A program made the translations under genes and the position numbers. From an uncultured Christensenella sp. (GTDB taxonomy: Bacteria > Bacillota > Clostridia > Christensenellales > DTU072), in assembly GCA_964418255.1 (NCBI GenBank), contig CAYQKV010000004.1, positions 95,944 through 159,943 on the forward strand: a stretch of 64,000 nt of DNA, given 5' to 3'. Within the stretch, counting starts at the first letter, position 1, and each line of letters starts with the position of its first letter. The notes beneath the pieces were generated by a model that was not told where the DNA came from, ran no database searches, and saw nothing but the letters and a program-made list of their open reading frames with translations. Positions 52,542 to 63,212 of the stretch are shown piece by piece.

Positions 52542-53075
52542 TTATCGCGTTTTATAGCAAAAATCTTTTATTTCGGAAATGAATTTTTCCGTCGCCGTTT
52601 CATCGAGCGGTTGCGAACTCATAATGAGTAAAGGAATCCCTTCTCCGCCGTGATAGGAAGGCTGAACATAATCGGCTTTTTCGTTCAGAACAAAACCGTT
52701 TCTTTGGTAAAAAGCAATTCTCCTGTCCGCATACCCGCCGTCGGGCGGTTCCACTTCGAGAATTATCGGTTTATTTTCGTAGGTTTTTACCATTAAACGC
52801 AGAGTTTCCGAGCCGTAGCCTTTGCCGCGTTCTTCGGGTTTTATCGTAATATGTTCAAGAAAAACGAAGTTTTTTAATTCCCATAACACCGCGCATCCGA
52901 CCGTTTCATTCCCGAAAACAACCTTGTAAAAACGGCAGTTTTTTTCTTCCAGTAATTTTTTTTCGTCGGCATAAGTTCTGCGCTCTTCGAACGGAAAAGC
53001 TCTTTCCAAATCCGCATATACCGAATCGAATTCGGCGTAAGAAACGGGTGAAAACCTCAAAAACTCTTTTTTCAT
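52542..53075 (-). CDS. GNAT-family N-acetyltransferase
   Basis: The acetyl-CoA-binding motif reads ITIKPEERGKGYGSETL. Confidence 0.8.
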   Translation of the reverse strand: MKKEFLRFSPVSYAEFDSVYADLERAFPFEERRTYADEKKLLEEKNCRFYKVVFGNETVGCAVLWELKNFVFLEHITIKPEERGKGYGSETLRLMVKTYENKPIILEVEPPDGGYADRRIAFYQRNGFVLNEKADYVQPSYHGGEGIPLLIMSSQPLDETATEKFISEIKDFCYKTR

Positions 53076-53159
53076 TATAGTATTCTATCACAAATTTTCT
53101 ATTTCGTCAACGTCGTTGACATTCATTTGTATTTTTGCTAAAATAAACGTAATTTTATT

Positions 53160-53684
53160 ATGAATAAGTTCGTCGGGCACCTGAAAATCGTTCTTCACCA
53201 CAAAAAACTCGTCTTCCTTAACTGCGTAAAGGCGGGTATCCCGTTTCGCGGTTTTTTTCACGATATTTCCAAATTTTCTCCGACGGAATTTATCAACGGA
53301 GTAAAATATTTTTCCGACGGCAAACGCAGTCCGACCGTAGCCGAGCGTAAGGATAAAGGCTATTCCGCCGCCTGGCTTCACCATAAGGGAAGAAACCGCC
53401 ATCATTTCGAATACTGGACGGAACTCAACTGGAACGGACAAGAAATCTACGTATCCCCTATGCCCCTCGTCTTCGTCAAAGAAATGTTCTGCGACAGGCT
53501 TGCCGCGACCGAGACCTATCTCAAAGACCGCTACACAGACCTCGCGCCCCTCGAATACTATTTTGCCAAAAACGAACGCCGTTTCCTCCACGACAAAACC
53601 GCGGAAATTCTCGAACGCGCCCTTCTCACTCTCGCAACCGACGGAAAAGACGCCGCTCTTTCCTATCTCAAATCTCTGAAATAA
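53160..53684 (+). CDS. DUF5662-like HD-motif protein
   Basis: FHDISKFSPTEF...GYSAAWLHHKGRNRHHFEYW resembles the DUF5662 family as I remember it. I prefer it to the overlapping minus-strand ORF 53088-53591, which has no recognisable motifs. Confidence 0.55.
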   Translation: MNKFVGHLKIVLHHKKLVFLNCVKAGIPFRGFFHDISKFSPTEFINGVKYFSDGKRSPTVAERKDKGYSAAWLHHKGRNRHHFEYWTELNWNGQEIYVSPMPLVFVKEMFCDRLAATETYLKDRYTDLAPLEYYFAKNERRFLHDKTAEILERALLTLATDGKDAALSYLKSLK

Positions 53685-53787
53685 CCGTCTTGATTCTTTC
53701 GGTTTTCTTTTTTGATTTCTGCTTTTGCTTATTGATTTTTTTTGCCAAATCAGCCTTGTTTTCTTTATAAAAATATCGATTTTTTTA

Positions 53788-54444
53788 TTAAAGATTATTC
53801 ATTTTTGCTTTTAATCTTGCGTTATCCGGAACGAATTTATCCATAAAAGCGTGGAATTCTTTTCCGTGGTCGTGGTATGGAATATGCGCAAGTTCGTGCA
53901 CTATCACCATATCTATACATTCGTACGGTTGCGTTGCGAGGTTGACGGAAAAGGTAAGTTCTTCCGTAGTATATTTACATTTGCCCCACGCCGAAATTAT
54001 TTCGCTGATTTTCCATTTTTTACAGGTTATGCCTACCAAATTTTCCATTACGGGCACCCGTTCTTTAAGATATTCGAACAGCCTTCTTTTATAAAATTCC
54101 GTAACCGCTCTTCTTGCGTGGTATCCTATCCTTCCGTTTACAAGTCCCAGATAAATTTTACCGTTGCAAAGCGCAATCGAATATTCGTCCGCGTCGTATA
54201 CGCAAAGCGGAATTTTTTCGCCGAAAAGCAGGATAAACCCGCCGTCTTTTAAGTCGTTAAGTTTATCGCTTTTTATACTTTCGGCTATAATCTCTTCCAC
54301 GCGTTTTTTTGCATACGCGAGCGGATATGAAGACGGAATATTAAACGTAATCGCGTGTTCCGTACGCAAAACTCTGAACGTAATCGCTCTTCCGTTTGTG
54401 CGTTTTATCCTTATATCCGCTCCGTTTGCGGCAAGGTGTTCCAT
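53788..54444 (-). CDS. YgjP-like (DUF45/M48-type) zinc metallohydrolase
   Basis: A C-terminal HELAHIPYHDHGKEF motif is present. Confidence 0.75.
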   Translation of the reverse strand: MEHLAANGADIRIKRTNGRAITFRVLRTEHAITFNIPSSYPLAYAKKRVEEIIAESIKSDKLNDLKDGGFILLFGEKIPLCVYDADEYSIALCNGKIYLGLVNGRIGYHARRAVTEFYKRRLFEYLKERVPVMENLVGITCKKWKISEIISAWGKCKYTTEELTFSVNLATQPYECIDMVIVHELAHIPYHDHGKEFHAFMDKFVPDNARLKAKMNNL

Positions 54445-54459
54445 TGATTTAAGGAAAAA

Positions 54460-55752
54460 CTATTCGTACAGACCGTCGAGTTTTTCCTGCCAGTTCCCGA
54501 CGGCTTTTTCGTCGTAAACAGCCGGTATGCTTTTTGCAAGGTCCGCTACTTTTCGTGAATTTGACGCTACCGACGCGGCTTTCATCAGAACGGAAATACG
54601 CTTTCTTCCTTTCCAGCCCATTTGTAACATTTGCGGGAAAGTGAATTTAAGCAAACCGCCGCTCGACCCGTTGCCCAAAAGTTTTTCGTCCATTACGCCC
54701 GATTCGAACATAAAATTCAAATCGTCGTTATCCATTCCGAGCATCCAGCGTTTTAATATATCCACGCCGCAGAACGACGCGTACATCGAGAAAAATTTAA
54801 CTTGATATTTCCAAAGGTTTTCCACCGTACAATCGTCGTTTTCCGTCAAAACGTCTTTCAACATTTTTCCGCAATCCAGACTGCAAACGATGCCCGAACC
54901 CATCATAGGTATGGTCATAAACGCCGAATCTCCGCAGAGAACGTATCCGTCCGTCACCATTTTCGAAATCGGATACCTGACGGGAATCACCGATGTATAG
55001 CCCGCTTTAACGAGTTCGTCGGAGAGCACGGGGTTGTCTTTTTTCAAATCGTTCATAGCGGCGTTGAAATCTTCGTCGGTAAGTTTTCCGATACTTCCTA
55101 TCAGAATATCGACTATTCCGTCATCGTAAATGCACCAGCTTATACCCTTTCTTCCGATATGTTTCAAGTACGCCTTATTTGTATGCTCCACATTTTCGCC
55201 TTCTTTCGCTTTGAAGAAACCGCGGTAAGCAACGAAAACTTCGTCCTCTTTCGGTTGCGCCATTATTTTCGCTTTACTATCTAACGACGCTCTGAACTTA
55301 GAATAAACTCCCGAACAATCGACCACAAGGTCGCAATATTCTTCTTTTCCTTCTACCACTACGCCTTTAACTTTGGTTCCGTCCGAAATAAGTTTCTCGA
55401 CTTCGGTTTCGTATTCCACGACGGATTTATCTTTAAGTAAAGAATATAAATAATCGTTAAGCGGACGGCGGTAAATGGAAATATCGCTTTGCTGCGCGGA
55501 ATATACCGAAATTTTCACCGTTTCCGACGGGTTTACGAAAGTCCACGGTTTTTTCGGGTAATACGCGTCCTTAGGGGGCATAGGAATACCTATACGCTCG
55601 AAAACCGCAGGGGCGATATCGTCCGTCCAGTCGAACGCAACGTCTTCTCTTCTTTTCTTTTCATAAAGTTTAACTTCGAATCCCGCTTCCGCAAGACAGC
55701 GCGCCATATTAAGCCCGCCCTGATTGCCACCGATGATAATAGCTTTTTTCAC
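54460..55752 (-). CDS. FAD-dependent oxidoreductase (geranylgeranyl-reductase-like)
   Basis: The N-terminal Rossmann dinucleotide fold reads KKAIIIGGNQGGLNMARCLAEAGFEVKLYEKK. Confidence 0.7.
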   Translation of the reverse strand: MKKAIIIGGNQGGLNMARCLAEAGFEVKLYEKKRREDVAFDWTDDIAPAVFERIGIPMPPKDAYYPKKPWTFVNPSETVKISVYSAQQSDISIYRRPLNDYLYSLLKDKSVVEYETEVEKLISDGTKVKGVVVEGKEEYCDLVVDCSGVYSKFRASLDSKAKIMAQPKEDEVFVAYRGFFKAKEGENVEHTNKAYLKHIGRKGISWCIYDDGIVDILIGSIGKLTDEDFNAAMNDLKKDNPVLSDELVKAGYTSVIPVRYPISKMVTDGYVLCGDSAFMTIPMMGSGIVCSLDCGKMLKDVLTENDDCTVENLWKYQVKFFSMYASFCGVDILKRWMLGMDNDDLNFMFESGVMDEKLLGNGSSGGLLKFTFPQMLQMGWKGRKRISVLMKAASVASNSRKVADLAKSIPAVYDEKAVGNWQEKLDGLYE

Positions 55753-55936
55753 AATATGTTTCCTCGCTTTATTTTTTATTATTTTAATATTTTACCATAA
55801 ATTACCATACCCGTCAATGCCGTAATTTCATCAAATAACGGATAACAACTTCCTTCGTCGATTTTTTACTTTTCGGTTTTCTTTTATATTTTTTATAAAT
55901 ATGAAAATAATCATATAAAAACGCGGAACTTATTTT

Positions 55937-57568
55937 ATGCAACTTACTGATTTCTTCGGGCTCGTCGGCGGGCTTGCTCTCTTTCTTTTCGGTATGCACC
56001 TGATGAGCGAAGGACTCGAATCCGTCGCGGGTTCGGGAATGAAAAAAATTCTCGAAAAACTTACTTCCAACCGCTTCGTAGGCATTCTTGCCGGCGCGGG
56101 GATAACGGCTGTCATTCAATCTTCCTCCGCGACCACCGTTATGGTAATAGGCTTTGTAAATTCCCGCCTTATGTCCCTGACTCAGGCGGTATGGGTGATA
56201 ATGGGCGCGAATATAGGCACGACGATTACCGGACAGCTTATAGCTCTCGACGTAGGGCTCATCGCGCCTGTTTTCGCACTTATTGGCGTTATTATGTGCG
56301 TATTTATCAAAAAACCGATAATAAATAATTACGGCAACATTATTGCGGGACTCGGAATACTATTTATCGGAATGAACATTATGAGTTCTTCTATGCTGCC
56401 GCTTAGCTCCTCACAAAAATTCGTATCGATTTTGACGTCTTTCGACAATCCTTTTATCGGGATACTCGCAGGCGCGGCGTTCACCGCGATTATACAGTCT
56501 TCTTCCGCTTCGATAGGCATACTTCAAGCTCTCGCAAGCGCAAATCTTATTCCTTTGCAAAGCGCGGCGTTCGTGCTTTTCGGTCAGAATATAGGGACTT
56601 GCGTCACCGCTCTTATCGCTTCCGTAGGGACTTCCCGCGCGGCGAAACGCGCGACCTTAATTCATCTTGCGTTCAATTTAAGCGGCGCTCTTATATTCGG
56701 GCTGATATGTTTTTTCACGCCGTTTACAAACCTCATCGCTTCTCTTACGCCAGACAACCCCGCTATGCAAATTGCTAATTTGCACACGGTTTTCAACGTC
56801 GCCACGACTTTGCTTCTTCTTCCTTTCGGCTCGTTTCTCGCCCGTTTTGCGACGCTCATTCTTCCCGAAAAGCCCTTTGAACAGAGCGAAGGAAAACGCC
56901 TTATGTTCATAAATTCGGACGCGGCGGTTCGCCCCGACGCCGTCGGGCGTTTTCTGATTGCGGAAAACGCGGTGTTTGAAGAGCTCGGACGTTTGGCGCA
57001 GATGGTGAAAGTCAACCTAACTTGCGCGTTCGATTCCTTTCTTTTTCCCGAAAAAAGCAAGGAAAAAGCGCCCGAAAAGACCGAAGAATATATCGACTAT
57101 CTCAACGCCGAAATCACAAAGTACGTCACGTCCCGTCTCGTGGGCGGCGCTCACGGCGTTAAACACGCCGAAGTCGAGGCGTTTTTCCGCATTTCGGGCA
57201 ACCTCGAACGCATTGCCGACCATTCTCTCAACATCTGTCAATACGGCGAAACTTTCATAAAAAACAAACTGAAAATTTCCGAAGTCGCGCTTAGCGAAAT
57301 CGAAAATATGAAATCCCTTGCCCTATCCTTTTTCGAAAGTATTTCTTCTCTTTCTCCGTTTGACGAAAACGGATTGAAAAACGCCGAAAAGACCGAACAA
57401 ACTTTCGACGACGTAACCGAAGAATACCGCAAAAAGCAGTTGGAACGGCTGCAAACGGGCGTTTGCTCGGGAGAATCCTGCGTGCTTTTTTCCGAGCTTC
57501 TTACCGATTTCGAGCGCATAGGCGACCATATTCTCAACATCGCCGAGGCTCTCTCTTTGACGGCTTGA
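55937..57568 (+). CDS. Na/Pi cotransporter family protein with C-terminal PhoU-like domains
   Basis: The duplicated membrane repeat has QSSSATT and QSSSASI motifs. The cytoplasmic C-terminal half carries ERIADH and ERIGDH (PhoU-type) motifs. Confidence 0.85.
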   Translation: MQLTDFFGLVGGLALFLFGMHLMSEGLESVAGSGMKKILEKLTSNRFVGILAGAGITAVIQSSSATTVMVIGFVNSRLMSLTQAVWVIMGANIGTTITGQLIALDVGLIAPVFALIGVIMCVFIKKPIINNYGNIIAGLGILFIGMNIMSSSMLPLSSSQKFVSILTSFDNPFIGILAGAAFTAIIQSSSASIGILQALASANLIPLQSAAFVLFGQNIGTCVTALIASVGTSRAAKRATLIHLAFNLSGALIFGLICFFTPFTNLIASLTPDNPAMQIANLHTVFNVATTLLLLPFGSFLARFATLILPEKPFEQSEGKRLMFINSDAAVRPDAVGRFLIAENAVFEELGRLAQMVKVNLTCAFDSFLFPEKSKEKAPEKTEEYIDYLNAEITKYVTSRLVGGAHGVKHAEVEAFFRISGNLERIADHSLNICQYGETFIKNKLKISEVALSEIENMKSLALSFFESISSLSPFDENGLKNAEKTEQTFDDVTEEYRKKQLERLQTGVCSGESCVLFSELLTDFERIGDHILNIAEALSLTA

Positions 57569-57586
57569 TTATCCTTTTTCTCCATA

Positions 57587-57629
57587 TAAAAAGCGGAACC
57601 CGTGGTTTGGGTTCCGCTTAAATTTTTTA
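57587..57629. terminator. Bidirectional terminator between the Na/Pi cotransporter and the aquaporin
   Basis: Perfect 11-bp stem aagcggaaccc (57591-57601) / gggttccgctt (57609-57619), with A/T runs on both sides. Confidence 0.8.
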
Positions 57630-57644
57630 TCCTTGTATTTGCCG

Positions 57645-58343
57645 TCAGTTCTTTTCCGGTTTTGCCAGAAAGTTATACGCAAACGCCGCAAGCGCCGCTC
57701 CGCAAAGAGGTCCGACAATGGAAATCCAGATTTGAGAAATTGCAGTGAAGTCTCCGCCTATCATCTGCAACAGCGCGGGTCCTATCGAACGCGCGGGGTT
57801 TACCGACGTTCCCGTAAGTCTTATTCCGAGCAGGTGCACCAGGGTAAGAGTGAGACCGATGACTATTCCCGTAACCGCTTTGTTGTCCGTTTTGGACGTT
57901 ACTCCGAGAATTGCTATTACGAATATGAACGTAAGCACTATTTCCACAACCAACGCCACGCCGAGCGCGCCGCCGTCGCCGTAAGCGTCAACCAACGCCG
58001 TTTGCGCCGCGTTTCCTCCGAGATTGGTAAACCTTCCGAAAAACAGTCCCACAAGCGCCGCGCCGACGATAGCGCCTACTATCTGACTTCCCACGTACGC
58101 GAAAAATTCTTTCACCGTCATTTTTTTGCTTATAAGCATTGCAAATGACACTGCGGGGTTGATATGGCAACCGGAAATATTCCCGATTGAATATGCCATC
58201 GCGACAATAGCCAGTCCGAACGCGAGAGCGGTCGCCGCAAGTCCGTCGTTTCCGACGCAACCCGTCGCTACCGCGACTCCGCATCCTACTATGACGAGTA
58301 CAGCCGTGCCGATAAATTCGGCAAGCTGATTGTTGTCTTGCAC
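57645..58343 (-). CDS. MIP-family aquaporin/glycerol facilitator module. The start is uncertain because there is no stop codon separating it from the upstream adhesin-like frame.
   Basis: Both NPA boxes (SGCHINPAVS, GTSVNPARS) and six hydrophobic segments are present. The in-frame GTG at 58341-58343 would give 232 aa, a normal aquaporin length. Confidence 0.7.
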   Translation of the reverse strand: MQDNNQLAEFIGTAVLVIVGCGVAVATGCVGNDGLAATALAFGLAIVAMAYSIGNISGCHINPAVSFAMLISKKMTVKEFFAYVGSQIVGAIVGAALVGLFFGRFTNLGGNAAQTALVDAYGDGGALGVALVVEIVLTFIFVIAILGVTSKTDNKAVTGIVIGLTLTLVHLLGIRLTGTSVNPARSIGPALLQMIGGDFTAISQIWISIVGPLCGAALAAFAYNFLAKPEKN

Positions 58344-60904
58344 GTAGTAATTTCCCAAATTATCTTCGTCATATTCCGAATAACGGATAGGTTTGTTTAT
58401 ATTGAGGATTGCTCCGCCTTCACGCGCGTAACATTTGGTTATCGTACTGCCGTCCTTTACGTTAAGGGTACCCGAAGCCTCGTTTCTTACGCCGCCACCG
58501 TAATACTGCGACCCGAAGCCCGTGCCTGCCTGTCCGAAGAAGTTATCGTTGTTTTGCAAAGTCGAACCGCTTTCAAGGTTCAATATTCCGTCGTTTACGA
58601 TGATAGGCGAAGCCGCTTTCACGCCCGTGTTGTTGCTCGTAACCGTTCCCGCAACGCCGTCTCTGTCGGTAATTTCGATTTTGCCGTCGTTGCCCCATAC
58701 CGAGCCGCCGTTGTTCGCTTTATTGCCGGTAAAAGTCGCGCTTTCTCCGCTGAACGTTAAGGTAGCGCCGCTTTTTACGTAAATCGCTCCGCCGTTTCCC
58801 GTCACGCTGTTGTTTTCAAACGTTACGTTACTTTCTATGGTTACTTCTGCGCTCTCGTCGGCGTAAATCGCTCCGCCGTGACTTCCCGAACCGCCCTTAA
58901 ACGTCGTGTTTTCGGCGTTAAGCGTTCCGTCAACCTTCATAAGTCCTTTATTTATTGCGCTTTCGCCGTTATTTGCTTCGGTTGCGTCAATCGTTATATT
59001 CGAAAGGTTGAGCGAAGAGCCGCTTCCTACGATGAACACAGTGGAATTTCCGTTCGGGTCGTCGTTATAACTTTTGTCCACTTCAATCGTAGCCGAACCT
59101 TCCGCTTTGAGCGTAATGTTTTGTTGGTAAATCGATACATATCTTTTAATCTTCGGATTTCCCACCGCGCAAATCGTCGATTCCGAATTATCCATCGGAC
59201 AAGCTTGAACCGCGTCGGCAAGCTCCGCGTATACGGTCGTTTTGTCTGTGAGCCCTGCGTTGTCTTTATCTATATAGAAACCGTTTTTAGGCTCGCTGTT
59301 TACGGTAAACGAAACCGTGCCGTTTTTATGATTTTCGTCTCCTTCGTCTTTAACGGTGACTGTAACAGAAGCGTATGTAGACTTATTGCCGTCCGTCGTA
59401 ATAATGCCCGTCGTTTTGTCGTAATTCCAACCTTTGGGAGGGTCCGACGGTTCTATCGTTATAGCAGTCGCTCCTATCGCGCCCGTGAAATATTCGTTTA
59501 AGTTTATCAAACCGCCGAGCGCGTCGATAGTCGCCTCGCTTTGCGTTGCGGCAAGCGTCGAATCCGCTTTGTTTATCGTAAACGTTTTATCTACGGTTCC
59601 CGTGTAATTTCCGCTGAACGTGATTGTTGCTTTCGCCTCGCCCGCGTTCGTATTATAGGCATATTCTACGGTATAGTCCGTGCCCTCGACAAGCGTTTTA
59701 TTTCCGTCTTTTACGGTAATCGCAGGCGTGAGTTCTTCTCCCGTGTACGTAACGTCGGAGATAGCGATTGAACTTTCGCCCAAAGCCTTCGGGTTTATCG
59801 TAAACGTTTTTTGCGTCGAGCCCGAGTAGTTGCCCTTAAACATAACCGTGACGGTCGCCGTGCCCGCGTTTACATTGTCTTTATATATTAAATCGAAGTC
59901 CGTACCGCTTGTAAGTAATTTGCCCGAACCGTTAACCTGAGCAACAACAGCCGCGGTTTGCGTAATCGGATTTCCCGTATACGTTGCGGGGTCGTTGGTG
60001 AAAATAACGTTCGCCGAACTTGCGTCCACCGCCGAAATCGACCAATAATAGTACTTTGTAGAAGTCGTTTTGTCCGCCCAGGCATAGCCGGAAGCGGGAG
60101 TCGCCATTGCAAAATAATTCCCGGCGTTAACAGCCGAAGTGGTACCGGTCCAAATTACTCCCTCCTGGTGTAAAGTATTGTAAGAAAAAGGAGTCTTCGA
60201 ACCGCCGGTATAGTCGCCCTGACTCGGCATAGTGTAAAGGTTTCCGCTCCCCGACGCTCCGGGAACGCTGAAACCGCTCAGAAGTTTTACCATATCGAGT
60301 TTCAAACTTCCGCCTGTAGCCGTTTGGGAAAAACCGCTACTTGTTAAGTAGTAATTTATCTGTCTCCCCTTAGTACTTCCTATACGAACGTAAAAAGGAT
60401 AATACACGTAACCGTCGGAAGTAACTTTAAGGTCCTTTGTACTCTGCGGACAGTCTACCTGCAAATGACTATGGTCCCATCCGCCAACAGTAAGCTTATT
60501 ATAATTAGGGTTAGAATATTGCCCGGGCATCGCGTTCGCACCGGGGGTCATTTCTCCGCTGTTGCCGATAACCGACATAAATATAAATCTTTTTCCGCCG
60601 TAGTACAAAACGTTAATCGTACCGGAACTAGTCCAAACCGACCCGTTGACCAAACAAGAAGAACCAGAACTGATAGTTATTGGATATCCGCTATGGAACC
60701 GCCAACCCGACTGAGCGAACAAAGTGGCGCCGTTGGAATAATCCTAAAGTTTTTTATCTGACCCGGACGTCGCTCCTGCCGCGTACGCCGTAGGGTTTCG
60801 CTCTTATCTGTTATCGCTTTACTTGCGCCGAAGACCGCCGCAAAAACGAGCAATACAAGCAAGACGAGTAATATAGGTTTATTGATTGAAACGGTTCTTT
60901 TCAT
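58344..60904 (-). pseudogene. Disrupted adhesin-like surface-protein gene (Ig-like repeats plus Pmp-type GGAI beta-helix repeats)
   Basis: The signal peptide MKRTVSINKPILLVLLVLLVFAAVFGA (from 60904) is in a different frame from the body. The body frame contains TAA (60804-60806) and TAG (60744-60746) before it opens. There is no stop at its 3' end before the aquaporin. Confidence 0.55.
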
Positions 60905-61082
60905 ATTACAAGCTCCTTTCCTTTTCCTTATATAATTCTATTGTTTTTCTTATGTCTTTTTAGTTATTTATATTGTCTCGGGTTTTGCATTGTTTTATGC
61001 GTTCCGCATTGCGTGAGTAAGTCCTTACTTCTCATTTCCTCAAAAAATAAACGCAAGGTTATGCGTTTTCGTTCGTTTATTC

Positions 61083-61682
61083 TTACTCTGCCGTAAGCAA
61101 ACCGAACATACCTCGGGAAATCAGCATCCAGATATTTTCCGTGCTTTCCCTTGTGGCGGGGAGTTCTCCTCGAATAACGCATTTTGCGAATATCCCGCTC
61201 GTATCGAGAATATAGGTCCACAGGTGGTCGGCGGAAGTTTTTTCATAGATATGAAAAACGGAATCAATCGCATTGAAGAAACCTACGAAATCCTTAAAGA
61301 AAGAAGTTTTCGCCTCGTCGTCGTGTTCGCGGATTTTCTTTACGTACGAAGAATCGCGGTAAATGAAATAAAAGAGCGTTGCGTTTCCGTTTTTGACGAG
61401 GAAGTCGAAGTAGAGCATCCAGCACGATTTTACGATAGTGTAAATATCCTCTTTAGTATTGCATTGCGGATAATCGAAATTTGCGAACAGATTTCCTATT
61501 CTTCTGTGTATCGACTCAAAACAGGTATAAAGCAAATTTTCTTTCGTTCCGAAATGCTTATAGATAAGCGCTTCGCTTACTCCGAGACGGTCGGTGACTT
61601 TCTTCATCGAGAAGCCGTGCAGACCGTTTTCGGCAACGGTATCAATTGCCGCAAGCATCAACGCCGTTTTATTCGTTTCCAT
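61083..61682 (-). CDS. TetR/AcrR-family transcriptional regulator
   Basis: The N-terminal HTH reads LMLAAIDTVAENGLHGFSMKKVTDRLGVSEALIYKHFGTKENLL. Confidence 0.85.
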   Translation of the reverse strand: METNKTALMLAAIDTVAENGLHGFSMKKVTDRLGVSEALIYKHFGTKENLLYTCFESIHRRIGNLFANFDYPQCNTKEDIYTIVKSCWMLYFDFLVKNGNATLFYFIYRDSSYVKKIREHDDEAKTSFFKDFVGFFNAIDSVFHIYEKTSADHLWTYILDTSGIFAKCVIRGELPATRESTENIWMLISRGMFGLLTAE

Positions 61683-62015
61683 AAAAGCCGCACAACCTCC
61701 TTTTCTTAATTCGTGTTTTCCGTTAAGCGCCGCAACAATTCCAACCTTGTGTAACTTTGTTTGAAGTTCCTTATGTCAGAACACCATATGCGGCAAGCAA
61801 ACGTTTTGTCCCACTGTACCAATATGAATTTATAGTACTATATCAAAACAAAGTCAAGCGATTAGAGGAGTGAATATATCGCGTTGCTTTACGCCCGTAA
61901 AAACATATGCAAGATAATTAAAGAAAAAATTTTTCTTGTTATTGTTGTAGAAAGCGGATAAAATCAGAGTTTTTATGGGCTTTTCCGTAAGTTTCACCTA
62001 CTGTACGATAGTACA

Positions 62016-62060
62016 GCGACGGTTCACTTACGAAAAAAATCAACGCAATCTCTCCACTCC
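62016..62060 (+). repeat. 45-nt intergenic motif, copy C
   Basis: gcgacggttcacttacgaaaaaaatcaacgcaatctctccactcc. Confidence 0.85.
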
Positions 62061-62224
62061 AAGCGATTAACAGCTTTCCCCTCGGAAGAATTTACCATTG
62101 TTTTCCCAACCCGAACACACGAAAAAAACTTGCGGTCAAATATATGTTTCTTTTAACGCACATATTTCAACCACAAGTTTACGACTAACCGATAAACCGA
62201 CAATAAAAACGTTCGGAATACGAA

Positions 62225-62653
62225 TTATAGGCTTGTTAAGTAGGCTAATGCCTGTTTATACAACTCGTCTTTATAGAACCCTTTCCCGTCCAGTCTGGAC
62301 GCGTCCAAGTTGTGCTTCAAATCGGCGATTTTAACTTTTCTTGCCAATCGATTTTTTCCGATTTCCGTTACGTAATCCATATACGGAACGGACGGATTAT
62401 GCGTCAACAATTTCAAAGCGGATATAATTTCCTCATTAAATCCTTCTTCTATCAAATCTTCAAATGAACACTTGTCTCCGTGGTCTTCGACAACGTCGTG
62501 CAACAGAGCTACGCAAACGGCGTTCTCGTCGTCCATCGAGAAAGCCAAGAAGAAAGGGTGCATAACGTACGGATACCCGCCCTTATCGTAATCGTCTTTA
62601 TGTGCCGCAAACGCAATCAAACTCGCTTTCTTGATTAGTGTCGAATAAAACAT
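62225..62653 (-). CDS. Stand-alone RelA/SpoT-type HD hydrolase domain protein (small-alarmone-hydrolase-like)
   Basis: AFAAHKDDYDKGGYPYVMHPFFLA...ALLHDVVEDHG matches the HD_4-type (p)ppGpp-hydrolase motif order. The protein is 142 aa and has no synthetase domain. Confidence 0.7.
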   Translation of the reverse strand: MFYSTLIKKASLIAFAAHKDDYDKGGYPYVMHPFFLAFSMDDENAVCVALLHDVVEDHGDKCSFEDLIEEGFNEEIISALKLLTHNPSVPYMDYVTEIGKNRLARKVKIADLKHNLDASRLDGKGFYKDELYKQALAYLTSL

Positions 62654-62664
62654 TTTTATCTCCT

Positions 62665-63159
62665 CTATAATTGTTCGTCTCTCAACTCTTTACGCAATTT
62701 CATCCATAGTTTACCGAGTTGGTTTTGTCCTTTCCTGTCCTTGCCGATTCCCCAAAAATCATCTTTGGGGCTGTCTTCGCATATCGTATAATCAGCCGTT
62801 TCCGATAATTTCTTTTTCACATATGGATGTTGCGCAAGTTTTGCCCGCAATAATTGTTCCATTATCGCCACTTTTTCTTTATCCCAACTTGCCGACTGAC
62901 GGTCCGAATATTCGTGCGCTATACGCTGTGCCTCATACGCCGAATAACACTCGACTATCGTCTTTTCAATCTCAGGCGCAACGTTTTTGAACTTCAAACT
63001 CTGATATGCGTGCTCGACTGTCTGATAATATGTTCCTTTATACGTAAAACCGAAAGAGGAAAAATTATCCAGACAGAAAAACTCCCTGTTATAAAACCCG
63101 ATAAAGTCATCCATCTTTTCGGCGAGCCATTTATCTCTGTATTGTTCTATTGTTATCAT
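62665..63159 (-). CDS. NADAR (YbiA/DUF1768) family protein
   Basis: FYNREFFCLDNFSSFGFTYKGTYYQTVEHAYQSLKF...DDFWGIGKDRKGQNQLGKLWMKLR follows the NADAR motif order. Confidence 0.75.
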   Translation of the reverse strand: MITIEQYRDKWLAEKMDDFIGFYNREFFCLDNFSSFGFTYKGTYYQTVEHAYQSLKFKNVAPEIEKTIVECYSAYEAQRIAHEYSDRQSASWDKEKVAIMEQLLRAKLAQHPYVKKKLSETADYTICEDSPKDDFWGIGKDRKGQNQLGKLWMKLRKELRDEQL

Positions 63160-63212
63160 AAAATGTTTCTCCTGTTCTCTCTTTGTGCTTATAAGTAATT
63201 TATAAACTTTTA

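Noticed and set aside
53088-53591. A 167-aa minus-strand ORF overlapping the DUF5662-like gene.
   Set aside because: It has no recognisable motif or RBS. The plus-strand frame carries the HD..SKF / HHKGRNRHHFEYW motifs and is the better gene model.
55814-56119. A 101-aa minus-strand ORF overlapping the 5' end of the Na/Pi cotransporter gene.
   Set aside because: It overlaps a strongly supported transporter gene and an AT-rich promoter region, with no supporting signals.
60964-61221. An 85-aa minus-strand ORF spanning the TetR stop and the adhesin upstream region.
   Set aside because: It overlaps the TetR gene out of frame and is basic and low-complexity. The region is better explained as an intergenic promoter.
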